Source: Eledone cirrhosa
Lineage: Eukaryota
DNA: 64,000 nt
Assembly: GCA_964016885.1 (NCBI GenBank)
Contig: OZ024742.1
Location: forward strand, 150,412,001 to 150,476,000
Direction: 5' to 3'
The translations under genes were made by a program, and so were the position numbers. Positions 32,371 through 46,647 of the stretch are shown here, piece by piece. The notes beneath the pieces were generated by a model. That model was not told the DNA's origin, made no database searches, and was given only the letters and a program-made list of their open reading frames with translations. The first letter of the stretch is position 1; every line of letters starts with the position of its first letter.

Positions 32371-35300
32371 CACTCTTAAATATGTAGTAGATAATGATTT
32401 ATCTAGTTTATGCGTGATAAACTTCCGATGTTTCAGTTAATTTCGGTAATAATCAAAAGCTTATATTTGGAACAATACTTAACAAAAAAAAACTCAATAC
32501 TTTACAAAAAACTTCTCATCGTGAGAGGGTTCGAATCAAGCTCTAAGAAGTAACGAATTGCTCGTCAGCTCTGACAACCTATTGTTGCATTCAACTGTAG
32601 AAGAAAAAGAGTTATGACATTCATGCAATTTTTCAGTGTTTCAGTGAGTAAATAAATTAAAATTGTTTTAATCGGAGAAACAAATTCAAGCTTCAAATTG
32701 GTCCGTTGAGGATTATGTTTGCAAATCATAACACCTGAGAATTTATTTCAAAGGGTGAACTAAGTCATACATTAACGTGCTGGATTTATTTATTTTTACT
32801 GATCGTTAAAGAAAATTAAACTTCAGATATAAAAAAATAATATAACAAAATATTAAAAATTAATTGACTATGGCAATGAGAAGATAATTTTAAACTATAT
32901 TCAACGGGAGCTGGAAGCTATATGGAACAACAGGTGGCGCCGGTATGATGGAACAACGAGTCAAATAATGACTGACTAATGAATTCCATGCATATCCGTA
33001 AATATCACACTAACTCTAAATTCCTCTCTCCACTATCTTTTTATATCGAACAAGCTACCATATCAACTGTAATCACCTAACTCTATTCCAGTCAACGATT
33101 GAACCTAAACTTGGTCCTTGAATTTGCTAGATATAACAACCAAACATTACATGCAACCGTTTAAAAAGAAGGTCACACTGGGTAACGTGACCCTTAAACA
33201 AAAGTTAAATGCCCCTTAACTCCTGGTGGAGTAGTAGGGACGCCGTCCGGATACACGGCGTTTCGTGCAATTTTAACCCGGCGGAGCGCATGCCTCTCCT
33301 AGCCGGAACACAGCTCATTTCTTCAAGAGAAAGGTGAGGGGACGAAGAATCGATTCCAGTACTGGATTGGTACTTTACCAACCCCAAAAGGATGAAAGGT
33401 AATGTTGACCTCGGCGGGATTCAAACAAAGAACGCAGTGAACCGGAGCAAATATCAAGATTTTTTTAATTCGACGCCCTAACACCCCTTAACATCATATC
33501 TGAAAATCAAAACAAAAACAAAAAAATGTAAGATTGTTATGATTGAGATGACTTTTAATCAGTGTGTGTGTATCATCTGAGCAGACTGACACTTGGGGCT
33601 TATATACAATAGCCAACAACAAACCAACTCGGTTATCTTTACAAGTTCCTTCTGCAACTTAATGCATTGTTCTTACAATAGACCCCCACCATAATTATCT
33701 GATGTTGTTAGACCCGTCGTTTCCGATTAAGTGTTCGATGTTCGAACACCGAGCTTTCAACAGACAGGTATACACGTAACGTAATATTCAGGGAAATTTT
33801 ACAACTGAGTTGACTGGAACAACGTGTCATGCCCAAGGAGACAACACACTGCTGGGTGTCGAACGCACGATCTTACAATTGTGAGCTGAACACCCTAACC
33901 AGTAAGCTCCGAAACTCTACCAATAGTTATCTATCTAGCTGTAAGTAGGTAAGTAACATGGAAAAATATAGGTCACTACTCTATAATCGATTAAAGCTTT
34001 GTTAACTAAAAACAACCAAACAATGAATTGAAATACTTTCATAAGTATAGTTTGAACAACTATAGGTTCCGCTATATTTGACTATGTTGTGTTTGCTTAT
34101 TCTAAACTGGAGACAAATGTTTTAGTTCAAATCCCGCTGGGGATTACTTGCGGTGTAGACTTAATCCGTCTCTCAGTTTAACCCATTTTAACTTTTCTGC
34201 ATTGAGTAGAGTCCAGTCTGCTACAAGCATTCAGATAAGATCTCTGCTATGAGAATGATTCTTCACTCCCTCAAAGGCCCTGAAATAGGGTCATGTTACC
34301 TGCACTGCATCCTGACTAATCGATAAACATGAGTCCTCTATATTATGGATGTCACTATATATTAGTCGCAAGTGTCGTAGCTGGTGAATTTAATTAGTTT
34401 ATCGCAATTTGTGAAGAAAAATGTCGTAGTTTACAGGTTTCTAATGTGTTAATCGCTGGTTCACTGCATTTCTGGTGACGAGTAATTAGATGTAATACAA
34501 ATGTCTCGTAAAGTATCACTATTCCCTCCCGCCCCGACGACGTTTAACATTCTTCACCGATATACACAAGTGAAAGACACACACACACATGACAAGAACA
34601 ACGGAAACATCTCTATATCGTCAGTTAACTACTGAAGAATATACATATATGCACCTTAACATCCTTTCGCATTTTACCACACATTCTTTCATTTCTCATC
34701 CCTACCACAGTACACCATACACTCACTACTATATACATTTACATCTTTTAAACTCCATATACGAATTCACCACATCCATAAATAGGAACTGTCCATATAA
34801 CACACACACACATATCGGCCCACAGACATACTAACTTCACACATACTTATAACTCTAACAACTCACTTCTACACCAAAAGCCCTACTTTCATACCCTTCA
34901 CTCCCCTCTACCAGTTTGTACTACTATCTATTTCACGACTCCCACCGTCTTTACGGATAAGTAACACTTTGTAACTTTCTATACGTATAGATCACCTCCT
35001 ACCCTTTCTTCTCCCTTTCTACCGTTCTCTCTCTCTTTCGCAATCCCCCCTCTTCCCACTAGTCCATATCACCATCAAGTTAACCCAAACTTATTGTAGA
35101 AGTTAGGTATTCAAAGTACCACAAAATAAGATCGAACATACCATGTGTTTGTAAAGCCAACTTCTTAAACACACATCTGTGCTTGCAATTCTGAATTTTA
35201 ATCCCACCATGGTGCGTAAAATGCATTCGCTTGAACTTACTAGAATTAATCAATCGTTAGCAAAATTTTATCGACCCAAAGAGGGAGAAGACAAATTTGT

Positions 35301-36313
35301 TTCACGCAGAATTTGAACTAAAAAATAGTGATGCACCGAACTTGAGTCTGCGTAGCTCAGAGTTGTATTTCACCCCTACATGGTCAATGAATAAGTAACG
35401 GTCAAGTAATGAAGTCGATTTAATATTCTTATAAAGTATTCTAAATGGGCCTGTCGCCAAGGATTGGGGAACTGAATGGTATTGCCCCTACCTCCATCCC
35501 CGACTCTTCAATGGTGCACTCTCAGTTTTAAAAATATATGGTAACATATTTATTCCGAAACTCTGCTTTAAATTTATTGCGAATTAGAATGCGCGCCCAG
35601 AATGTTCTGGAACTTCACTGGGCACCAAAGTCTGGTGACGGGTCTAAAGCCTTGATGTGTATAGGTTACCAGCGCTAAAAACTAACGATACTATCTATTA
35701 TGCATAATCCCTATGTACCTTCCTAAGGTATCAATTCATATATAGTTAAACAGTTAAATGTATCTTTGCGAGAAACAGCAAAGAGGGCGGGTTAGAAAAT
35801 TATGACTGTTCGGCGGATAAACTGAAAAAATAAAATCATCAGCCAAGCCAACGTCTAATATGCAAAGAAGTAGAGCTGAACTTAACTTCCCAATGAGGTT
35901 AAGCAATCTACAATCAATACAATACAAATAAACTTAATACCAGAGATGACAATAGGTTTTAGTATGGGAACACATGCAGAAGGTATGTTAAAGAAAGAAG
36001 GACAATTCTTAATGTATTATACATGTTCGTATATGTATTTGTTAAATTAATATATTTCTATATGGAGGCATGGTTGGTTTTAACAGACTATAGATCAAAT
36101 CAAACAAAGAGAATTTTTACATAGGTATTCACGTGCGTGGAAAAAATGTTTCTATAAAAAAGAAAATAAAAAAAATTCTATTCTTGAACAAAATAATATA
36201 CACATGCAAAATCTCTGTCTGACTGTTTCCCCCCCCCCTCTTTCTTTCTCGATATAAATAGAACTGCACATATATATGTGTACACACACACACACACATA
36301 TTCACACAAATTT

Positions 36314-36377
<64 letters not shown>

Positions 36378-36399
36378 TGAACATTGTCATAATCAACAG

Positions 36400-36590
36400 C
36401 AACATTATTTAACATGAGTTGCCACGGTCTGAGACTAGACAGTTCGAAGAGACCTCATCTTGCTTATACTTTCCAACTTCCCATATTTGGCATGGTTTCT
36501 ACGATTGGGTTCCTTTCCTAACACCAACTACCTTACAGGGTGTAGTGGGCACGTTCAAATGTGGCACAGGCACTGCCACTTTTAAAAGTG
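36400..36590 (-). mobile_element. Fragment of a third interspersed repeat family (also ~40510-40670 and ~63205-63420)
   Basis: Shared GCATGGTTTCTA(C/T)G(G/A)(C/T)TGG motif and downstream ACAGGGTGT. Confidence 0.6.
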
Positions 36591-37676
36591 TACTAGGTAC
36601 TTTCTGTTAAAAGATCAAAGACTACGTAGAGAGGTCCCTTCAGCCTGCAGTGGATGAAAAAACATCCAATGTCATGATAGAACGCATTGGTACCTTCCCC
36701 CTCACACACATACACGCACACATACACACCGTCGAGACAGAATCGAATAGAAAGAAACCTCTGTCCCTGTCGAGAATATGACAAACCCCTGGTGTTGACG
36801 CCACAAAACAATAGGCCTAGGAAACTAAAGTGATTGGCGATTCAGCAGGAGCAATGTAAGATATAGATGCATTTTCAGCTTGGTGGCATATGACAGCTTC
36901 TGGACCTCTGTCGGTTATGGTGACGAGTGTTCAGTTGTTTTAACAACGGAACAGATGATCATAAAATCATTGTACAAGTGGCTGAACATTTAACAGACAC
37001 GTCTATCTTCAAAATAGTTCTGATGGAGATACAGCATAACACGCTGCGTAGCAAGGATGGCTCTTTGAATTAATAGCGAATAGAGTCCGGCCACAGGTAT
37101 TTGTGGTGGCTCTATCGGACACGCTCGCCATTATACAAGCAGTCATTCTCACTAGATATCCTGACATTACGATAGTAGCATAGACAATCAAGAATACTGT
37201 CAATGCTACACTCCGTTAGCGAGATTTAAATGCAATATGTAAATGAATGAAAAGGAACAATATTTAATTTCACCCTAGAATCATTCAAGCTCTCAGCTAT
37301 TAATCGGCTACCATTAATACATCGCAACACATGTATTATGGAGTAGGGTGGATTGCCATCTCACATTCCAAATCAGTGCGTGACGAGCGAATTAGTATGA
37401 GCACGTATGCGCCATTTCATGCGGATATCATCAAGATGGAAGCAATATGCTGACAACTGACCGAAGGATTCTGAAAACATTAAAAACAAGGAACCAGAAA
37501 GTCATATTGGTCATGTGGAAGACGTTTATCTTCAGTCGTCTTAACTATTGATCTCAACAATGATCAATAGTTAAGATTGCCGTAATGAAAGAGATGGGCT
37601 ACTGAGAGGGTTTAATAGAATTAGGACTGGAACGAAGACAGACTGATCAGCAGTGATATAAATATGGAAGGTCCGG

Positions 37677-38396
37677 AATATACACATACATGCACGCATA
37701 CTCACATATATATATATACATACACACATACACTCACATATATATATACACATACATACACACATACACTCACATATATATACACATATATATATACACA
37801 TACATACGCACATACAGTCACATATATATATATATACACATACATACGCACATACAGTCACATATATATATATATATATACATACACACACACTCATATA
37901 TATATACACATACATACACACACTCATATATATATACACATACATACATACACTCATATATATACACATACATACACACACTCATATATATATACACATA
38001 CATACACACACTCATATATATATACACATACATACACACACTCATATATATATACACATACATACACACACACTCATATATATATACACATACATACACA
38101 CACACTCATATATATACACATACATACACACACACTCATATATATATATATATATACACATACATACACAGATATATATGTATATACACACATACATACA
38201 CACATACACACATACACTCACCATTATATATATATACACATACATACACACACACTCATATATATATATATATACACATACATACACACACACTCATATA
38301 TATATATATATATATACACATACATACACACACACTAAATATATATATATATACACATACATACACACACACTAAATATATATATATATACACATA

Positions 38397-38442
<46 letters not shown>

Positions 38443-39317
38443 CACTCACAGATATATATATATACTAGCATTAAAGCCCGGCGTTGCTCGGGGTCATTAA
38501 GTTACCAACGTTAGGTTGCACCACCCATTTTATGGCAGCACTTTTTTGTCTGCCAGGCACTGGGTGAATGAATTGCAGACCTGGACTGCCGAAGCAGGAG
38601 CTGCGCCAGCAGTGACAATTGTAGTTTCGCCTATGGATATTATCTCTGTGCAAAAAACTGTTGAAATTTATTGTTTCACAGTACTTGCGCAACACGCGCG
38701 TAGACGATGCCAGCCGAACAACAGAGCTGCGATGGAGTTGTTCTGCATGGTTGTCTGTGTGTTTTCTAAATTTAAGACAGTAGGGAGGGGTGTGATATGG
38801 GGTAGAGTTAGCTGCTGTTTCTAGCAGGTTTAGTGACCTCATAGAAGATATGTTTTCTAAATTTAAGACAATAGGGAGAGGTGTGATATGGGGGAGAGTT
38901 AGCTGCTGTTTCTAGCAGGTTTAGTGACCTCATAGAAGATATGTTTTCTAAATTTCAGACAGTAGGGAGTGGTGTGAACGGCAGTGTCACCATCAAGCTC
39001 GGAAAGAGAAAGTAGCAGAAAGTATGAAGTTGTATAGATTTTGATTGGTAGTAGAAAGGTTTCAGCAGTTTAAATGAGAGAGAAAAATCGTAAAATATTG
39101 AGTTTTATCTATATTTTGCGTAATTGTGGGTGAAATTGAAAAAATTATCTGCGTCAAGATGCAATCGAAGCTATTTCGAATACTGAATTGTAAATTTCAA
39201 TTGAAGAAATTCTATATCGTAGATTTCTATAACGAAGGAGCATGACCACACACTGAGCTTTATAGATTATGATACACATACACACATACACTCACACATA
39301 TATATATACACATATAT

Positions 39318-39354
<37 letters not shown>

Positions 39355-39801
39355 CACATACATACACACATACTCACATATATATATATATATATACATA
39401 CACACATACTCACATATATATATATATATATATACATACACACATACACTCGCATATATATATACACACATACACTCACATATATATATATATACACATA
39501 CATACACACATACACTTACATATATATATATATACACATACATACACACACATATATATATATATACACATACATATACACACATATATATATACACATA
39601 CATACACACATATATATATATAGACACATGCATACACACATATATATATATAGACACATACATACACACATATATATATATAGACACATACATACACACA
39701 TATATATATAGACACATACATACACACACATATATATATATATATAGACACATACATACACACATATATATATATACACATACATACACATATATATATA
39801 T

Positions 39802-39846
<45 letters not shown>

Positions 39847-39885
39847 TATATACACACACATATATATATACACATACATACACAC

Positions 39886-39916
<31 letters not shown>

Positions 39917-40295
39917 TACACATATATATATATATATACACACAAACATACACACACACATACATACACACACACACACATATATACCTACACACACACA
40001 CATACATATATATATATACACACATACATTCACATATATATATACCTACACACACACACATACATATATATATACACACATACATTCACATATATATATA
40101 TATATATATACACATACATACACATATACACATATACTCACACATATATACACATACACTCACACACATATACACTCACATATATACACACATACATACA
40201 CACATATATATATACATACATATGTATAAGTATATACATATACAAATATGTACACACACATACACACATAACTACGCACACATACATATAATATA
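37677..40295. repeat. Compound (CA)n/(TA)n microsatellite split by a Helitron
   Basis: Seen directly. Confidence 0.95.
38465..39272 (-). mobile_element. Non-autonomous Helitron with internal 91-bp minisatellite (38760-38976)
   Basis: Minus strand A|TCATAATCTATAAAG ... CCCGAGCAACGCCGGG hairpin ... CTAG|T, no TSD. Confidence 0.8.
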
Positions 40296-40715
40296 TACCC
40301 GGGGTGTCTTGAAGTCACGTGATAATGTGTAAAATCATATCAAAGCAGAGTTTAATAATGGTTAAGTGTTGAGTTTTGTTACTCTGGAGTTTCAAAAACA
40401 GATCATCCGGTGAATACACAGTTAAAACTCCAGAATAACAAGACGTCTCACTTACCCATTACAAGAATACTCTGTGCGTGTGCGTGTGTGCGCGCGCGCA
40501 ATTTAACGCCCGCCTTTTATGTTACAATGAGTTGGATGGCTTGTCGTGGTACAAGACATGATGGGTAGCAGTGACCTGTCTTAATCTACGTCCCATGTTA
40601 AGCATGGTTTCTACGGCTGGATGTCCTTAATGGCAAGCAAGTTACAGGGTGTGCTAGATGTGTTTAAAGGCGTAGCCCCACTACCATTTTACAGCGTTTG
40701 AAGTTTCGGTGGCAC

Positions 40716-40790
40716 TGAAAGGTGGGGTGGTTAGGGCGCGTATATATATATATATATATATATATAGACGCCCTAACCACCCCACCTTCA
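40716..40790. repeat. Short inverted repeat centred on (TA)13
   Basis: AAGGTGGGGTGGTTAGGGCG / CGCCCTAACCACCCCACCTT. Confidence 0.92.
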
Positions 40791-41138
40791 TAGAGCAAAT
40801 ATATATACGATATTTTGAGGGAAAATTCACATATGTTCTAACTATTCCCTCAATATGAGAACAAGCTTTTTTTAAAATTTGATGAGTGTGACTTACCAAT
40901 CGAAAGTGGGAAAATTTAATAAAACTTAAATTCATTTAATGTAATAATTATAAAAATATATATTCTATCGGATTAAAGAAAAAGAAAAAAAGAAACAATC
41001 TTTATATACTCTTGTGCTTTTCCACTTTTCTTCGATTTGTATGGAACTTTATCCCTTTTTCAAATATATATATATATTAGTTGATGAATGAGAGAAAATA
41101 GTACTCAATACCGAACTAGGGTTTAAATATTATGGCTA

Positions 41139-41180
<42 letters not shown>

Positions 41181-41411
41181 ATTCCAAACTTGACTGTCAC
41201 CACAGAATGTGAACCTGAAGATTTCGGAAGCATGAAAGTACTTGTTCAATTAACATTTAACATTTAATATTCTACCATACTATTTCATTATAATACCATT
41301 CAAATTTTAAAGGATTGTAAATAAAACGAGTAAATCAGACAAAGTTGGAATTCCTTTTATTAATATAATCTTCTATACACAAAAAAATCATACACATACA
41401 AACACACACAG

Positions 41412-41472
<61 letters not shown>

Positions 41473-41704
41473 AGAGAGAGAGACAGAGCGTGCATAGAGC
41501 AGTCGGTAGGGCATCAGATTTTTAAGTGGTAATCTTTTTAACGCAATATTTTCAATGGTGGTGCCCCACAAGTAAAAGTGTACACCCACATACATATATA
41601 TTATACACGCGCACACACACATATTATATATATATATATATATATATTCAAAATAGGGAGCGCGCAGGACAAAGGCAATGGGGGGAAAACAACAATGGAA
41701 AGAC

Positions 41705-41763
<59 letters not shown>

Positions 41764-41894
41764 TATCTGTGTGTGTATGTATGTATTTAGGAAAGGATTA
41801 TGAAGAATAGATGCGGACAGACAGTTCGATAAATTCATAGGTATACAGGTAGACATATCCATAAATAAATAGAGATATAGATATTTAGACTTAC

Positions 41895-41955
41895 TTGCTT
41901 CTACAGTCCATGCCAATGCTAAGAATAGCAGAAAATATGTAATCCGTTCTGCCAT
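41895..41955 (-). CDS. First coding exon of a secreted or membrane protein (signal peptide MAERITYFLLFLALAWTVEA); exon 41895-41970
   Basis: Branch point CTGAC plus TTTCCACAG acceptor, ACAATGG start context, hydrophobic core ending V-E-A, phase-1 GTAAGT donor at 41894. Confidence 0.75.
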
Positions 41956-42617
41956 TGTAGATGTGGATGCCTGTGGAAATAGTCAGTTTTCTCTAGACAC
42001 AAAATCTATTTGAAAGTACAAAACTGTTGTGTGCTTAGCGTTTAAATTGGAAGTTGTAGTGCAGTAGCTGTTGTTTGTTGCCTACAAAAGGCACCGCACA
42101 TATGGATTTCCACCTGTGAATTCAGAAACGCAGTGAGAGTGAGGGAGATACAGACAAGAGATGTACTATGGCGGTGAGAGCACAATGACAACGACAATAG
42201 GCGCAATGGGAAAAGTAAAGGAGTAAGTTAGTGGTGGTGGTGTTAGTGGAAGTCCTGGTGTTGGTGGCGGTAACCGCTTCTCTACAACTCGTCTTTCTTT
42301 CACAACTCTATAAATATCTTTCTTTGTAATTTATGTGTATGTATGAATCAATATATATATTATATATATATATATTAGTAAAAAGAAAATGCTGACAAAA
42401 TTTTCCCAGTGAAAAATAGTTTAATTAGGAATAATATATGAATATATATATACAGAGAGAGAGAGAGAGAGAGCTTGCTGTGTTTAGACCGAGGAGACCA
42501 CTAATCATGGGAGTACTCAATGTATAGGGAAATGCAGAATGGGTATAGCGATACGTAAAATCCCAACCGTGGCGCCGAGCGGTCAGTATTTTCTCTCTCT
42601 CTCTCCCTCTCTCTCTC

Positions 42618-43038
<421 letters not shown>

Positions 43039-43088
43039 AACTGAGATTACCCAAAGTAGCAACAGTGAGTAATTGCAGTAATATAACG

Positions 43089-43265
43089 GTTTTTGATTTA
43101 GGCACAAGGCCAACAATTTGGGGGAAGGGGAAAGCCGATTAAATCGCCCACAGTACCTTACTGGTACTTTTTATTTTATAGATCCCGTAAGGATGAAAGA
43201 AAAAGCTAACCTCGGCAGCATTTGAACTTCATACCCAAATGTTGAAATACATTTTGTCCGACCCT
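43089..43265 (-). mobile_element. Main SINE, diverged
   Basis: Reverse complement of SINE core. Confidence 0.82.
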
Positions 43266-43333
43266 AACCGCCGACCCTAGTTGGAGTAATATAATACATT
43301 TATACATAATCTCTTTTTCGGTATTTCTAAAAT

Positions 43334-43396
43334 TAAAAAAACACTCCTCGTGTTTTTAAACTTCTCCCTTCCTTATATATATATATATATATATAT

Positions 43397-43446
<50 letters not shown>

Positions 43447-43539
43447 TATATATATAAAATATATATAAAATATATATATATAAAATATATATATATAATA
43501 TATATATATATAAAATATATATATATAAAATATATATAT

Positions 43540-43602
<63 letters not shown>

Positions 43603-43617
43603 TATATTTTATATATA

Positions 43618-43675
<58 letters not shown>

Positions 43676-43690
43676 TATATTTTATATATA

Positions 43691-43724
<34 letters not shown>

Positions 43725-43780
43725 TTTTTTTATATATATATATTTTATATATATATATTTTATATATATATTATATATAT

Positions 43781-43873
<93 letters not shown>

Positions 43874-43910
43874 AAGGGAGAAGTTTAAAAACACGAGGAG
43901 TGTTTTTTTA
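43334..43910. repeat. Perfect 41-bp inverted arms around a ~495-bp A/T-only core
   Basis: TAAAAAAACACTCCTCGTG...CTTCCTT / AAGGAAG...CACGAGGAGTGTTTTTTTA. Confidence 0.97.
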
Positions 43911-43951
43911 TATATATAAAATATATATATATATATTTATATATGTATATA

Positions 43952-43998
43952 CAGGGTGTCCCTCAAAAATGTATACACACTTTCATTACCTGTACAGG

Positions 43999-44001
<3 letters not shown>
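43952..44001 (+). mobile_element. Left half of the CAGGGTG MITE
   Basis: Matches 45384-45437. Confidence 0.7.
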
Positions 44002-44079
<78 letters not shown>

Positions 44080-44166
44080 GGAGGTGAGTTTTATTGTAGT
44101 ACAATAAAGCAATGCAGATATCGGATAATAAGCACTCTACAATTTGTAGGACTGGAGTATACATAA

Positions 44167-44207
<41 letters not shown>

Positions 44208-44274
44208 TATAAAGTGGGAAGCTAATAACTATGTACTCTTGACTCATGCGTTTGTTTGCTTATTTGACATTTTG

Positions 44275-44310
<36 letters not shown>

Positions 44311-44317
<7 letters not shown>

Positions 44318-44474
44318 CATAAACGGAGAAAGCTATTAGCGATACTCCGACCAATTTCCAACTCACTCAACAAACATTAGGAAATACTGGAGTATATTCC
44401 CAATTAAACGTTTGGGGTGCTAACTCTATTGTATTGTGTGGATAATTGGCTGTATTATTTCATATGAGATATAT

Positions 44475-44541
<67 letters not shown>

Positions 44542-44673
44542 CGAAGGAAATGTGGTAAGGAACCAGATGCACCATAACGTCCAGAATTAGCCGGCGAAAC
44601 GGCTTGAGCTCTGCCGTCGGGGTCATAATTCTGGACGTTATGGTTCATCTGGTTCCTTACCACATTTCCTTCG

Positions 44674-44718
<45 letters not shown>

Positions 44719-44882
44719 ATATATCTCATATAAAATAATACAGCCAATTATCCACACAATACAATATAGTTAGCACCCCAAACGTTTAATTGGGAATATA
44801 CTCCAGTATTTCCTAATGTTTGTTGAGTGAGTTGGAAATTGGTCGGAGTATCGCTAATAGCTTTCTCCCTTTATGTAATTAT
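44311..44882. repeat. ~570-bp palindrome with a 36-nt spacer
   Basis: Arms 44311-44589 and 44626-44882; about 4 substitutions outside the TA runs. Confidence 0.97.
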
Positions 44883-45068
44883 ACATACATATATATATAT
44901 ATATAATATAAGATCAAAAGATGGTTAAAGGAGTTCCATATATTTTATTATGCGCATTTCAAAAACAAACATCATCAAGCAATAATATTTGTGTTTTCAT
45001 CAGATAAAACAGGAGAACATGATATGAAGGCTAAAAAACACTTGTGGATAGTGCAGTTTTAAATCAAC

Positions 45069-45154
<86 letters not shown>

Positions 45155-45383
45155 CAGTAAAATCGAAGCTCTGGCTGCGGTCAAGCTAACGAATGTAATC
45201 CGGAATGCACAGCTAAGCACTCAACAAGGTAGTTTCACCTTTGAGTAATAACATACGTTTAGACAGCTTGACAAATTGAAGACTGCGACCTGTGAACCAG
45301 CCACAAGGACCAAAGCAACGATAAAAACCAACTCAGGATAATTTGACGTGTGTAGTGTGAGTATTTATTTATTTAATTATATA

Positions 45384-45488
45384 CAGGGTGGCCCCTTAAA
45401 AGGTATACACACTTTGATTACCTACCTGTACAGGCAATATTTATTAGAAAGCTGTTGATATGTTTATACATTTTTTGGGGGCACCCTG
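45384..45488. mobile_element. Tc1/mariner-type MITE (105 bp)
   Basis: TA|CAGGGTGGCCCC...GGGGGCACCCTG|TA with ~28-bp imperfect TIRs. Confidence 0.85.
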
Positions 45489-45549
45489 TATGTGTATATA
45501 TATATATATATATATATACAAACAAACACACATACACACACACACACAG

Positions 45550-45620
<71 letters not shown>

Positions 45621-45766
45621 GGCAAAATTTGAACAGGGACAAAACAGAGAGGCAGTACAATAAATGTTTATAAATATATATATATAACGAAGGAATTGTG
45701 GTACGGAACCAGATGGACCATAACGCACCAGAGTACTCAATACTTAGGGTAGTAGAGTGGGTAATA

Positions 45767-45878
45767 GGAAAAAGTATGACCCCGACGGCAGAGCTCAAGC
45801 CGTTTCGACGGCTATTTCTGGAGTCCAGAAATAGCCGTCGAAACGGCTTGAGCTCTGCCGTCGGGGACATATTTTTCC
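45767..45878. repeat. GC-rich hairpin with a 1-nt loop
   Basis: ...CGACGGCTATTTCTGGA-G-TCCAGAAATAGCCGTCG..., arms ~55 bp. Confidence 0.97.
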
Positions 45879-46195
45879 TCTCTCTCTCTCTATATATATA
45901 TATACATATATATTATGTTTCACGTCAACATGCTATTTCTCTATAATTTCTGTCTCTCTATCTCTCATGCTGTCTGCATATGTATCTCCCACCTACCGAA
46001 AACTATTCTCACCTTTGGTCACCTTTCTATCACCCATTTACTAATTATTCTTTCTTTCTTTCCTTCTTCTTCTTCTTCTTCTTCTTTTCTTCTTCTTCTT
46101 CTCATTCTTTCTTTCTCTCTCTGTTTCAACTACTCACCTAGCTAACACCTTCCTATATCTTATTTTCCTCGTTTCACTATCTCAGCCCCCGCCCT

Positions 46196-46235
<40 letters not shown>

Positions 46236-46647
46236 CTCTCTCTCTCTTTCTTTCTCTCTCTTTATTTCATCTGTCTCACACATGCGTGCGCACATATAAA
46301 CACCAACACCAACACACACACACCCCAGTACACATATACGCACCCCAGTATACACACACACACACACACAGAAATCAACACACGCCACACACACGCCAAC
46401 ATACACACATATACCCCAGTACACACACACACACATATACCCCAGTACACACACACAGACCAACAACTTGTTCATATTCATCAACACGTTGTTCGCCTCT
46501 TTATTGTTTTCCTTTCTTCTCTATATAGATTTCTTAGCCCCCTCCCTCCACTGCTACTCTTTCATCCTTCTGTCTCTTCCTCTTCCTCTACTACAGACAC
46601 ACTCTTCAGCTTACCTCGACCTCCATCTATCACCCCATGGACGCAGT

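Noticed and set aside
37080-37208. Two small hairpins (ATAGAG...CTCTAT; GTAGCAT...ATGCTAC)
   Set aside because: Short and imperfect; within chance for a repeat-rich region.
37375-37470. Candidate second exon of the signal-peptide gene (KSFGQLSAYCFHLDDIRMKW...*)
   Set aside because: Good acceptor and phase-compatible, but no recognisable protein; cannot be supported without transcripts.
41335-41894. Remainder of the 206-aa ORF after the signal peptide
   Set aside because: Read-through past the GTAAGT donor into intron and microsatellite.
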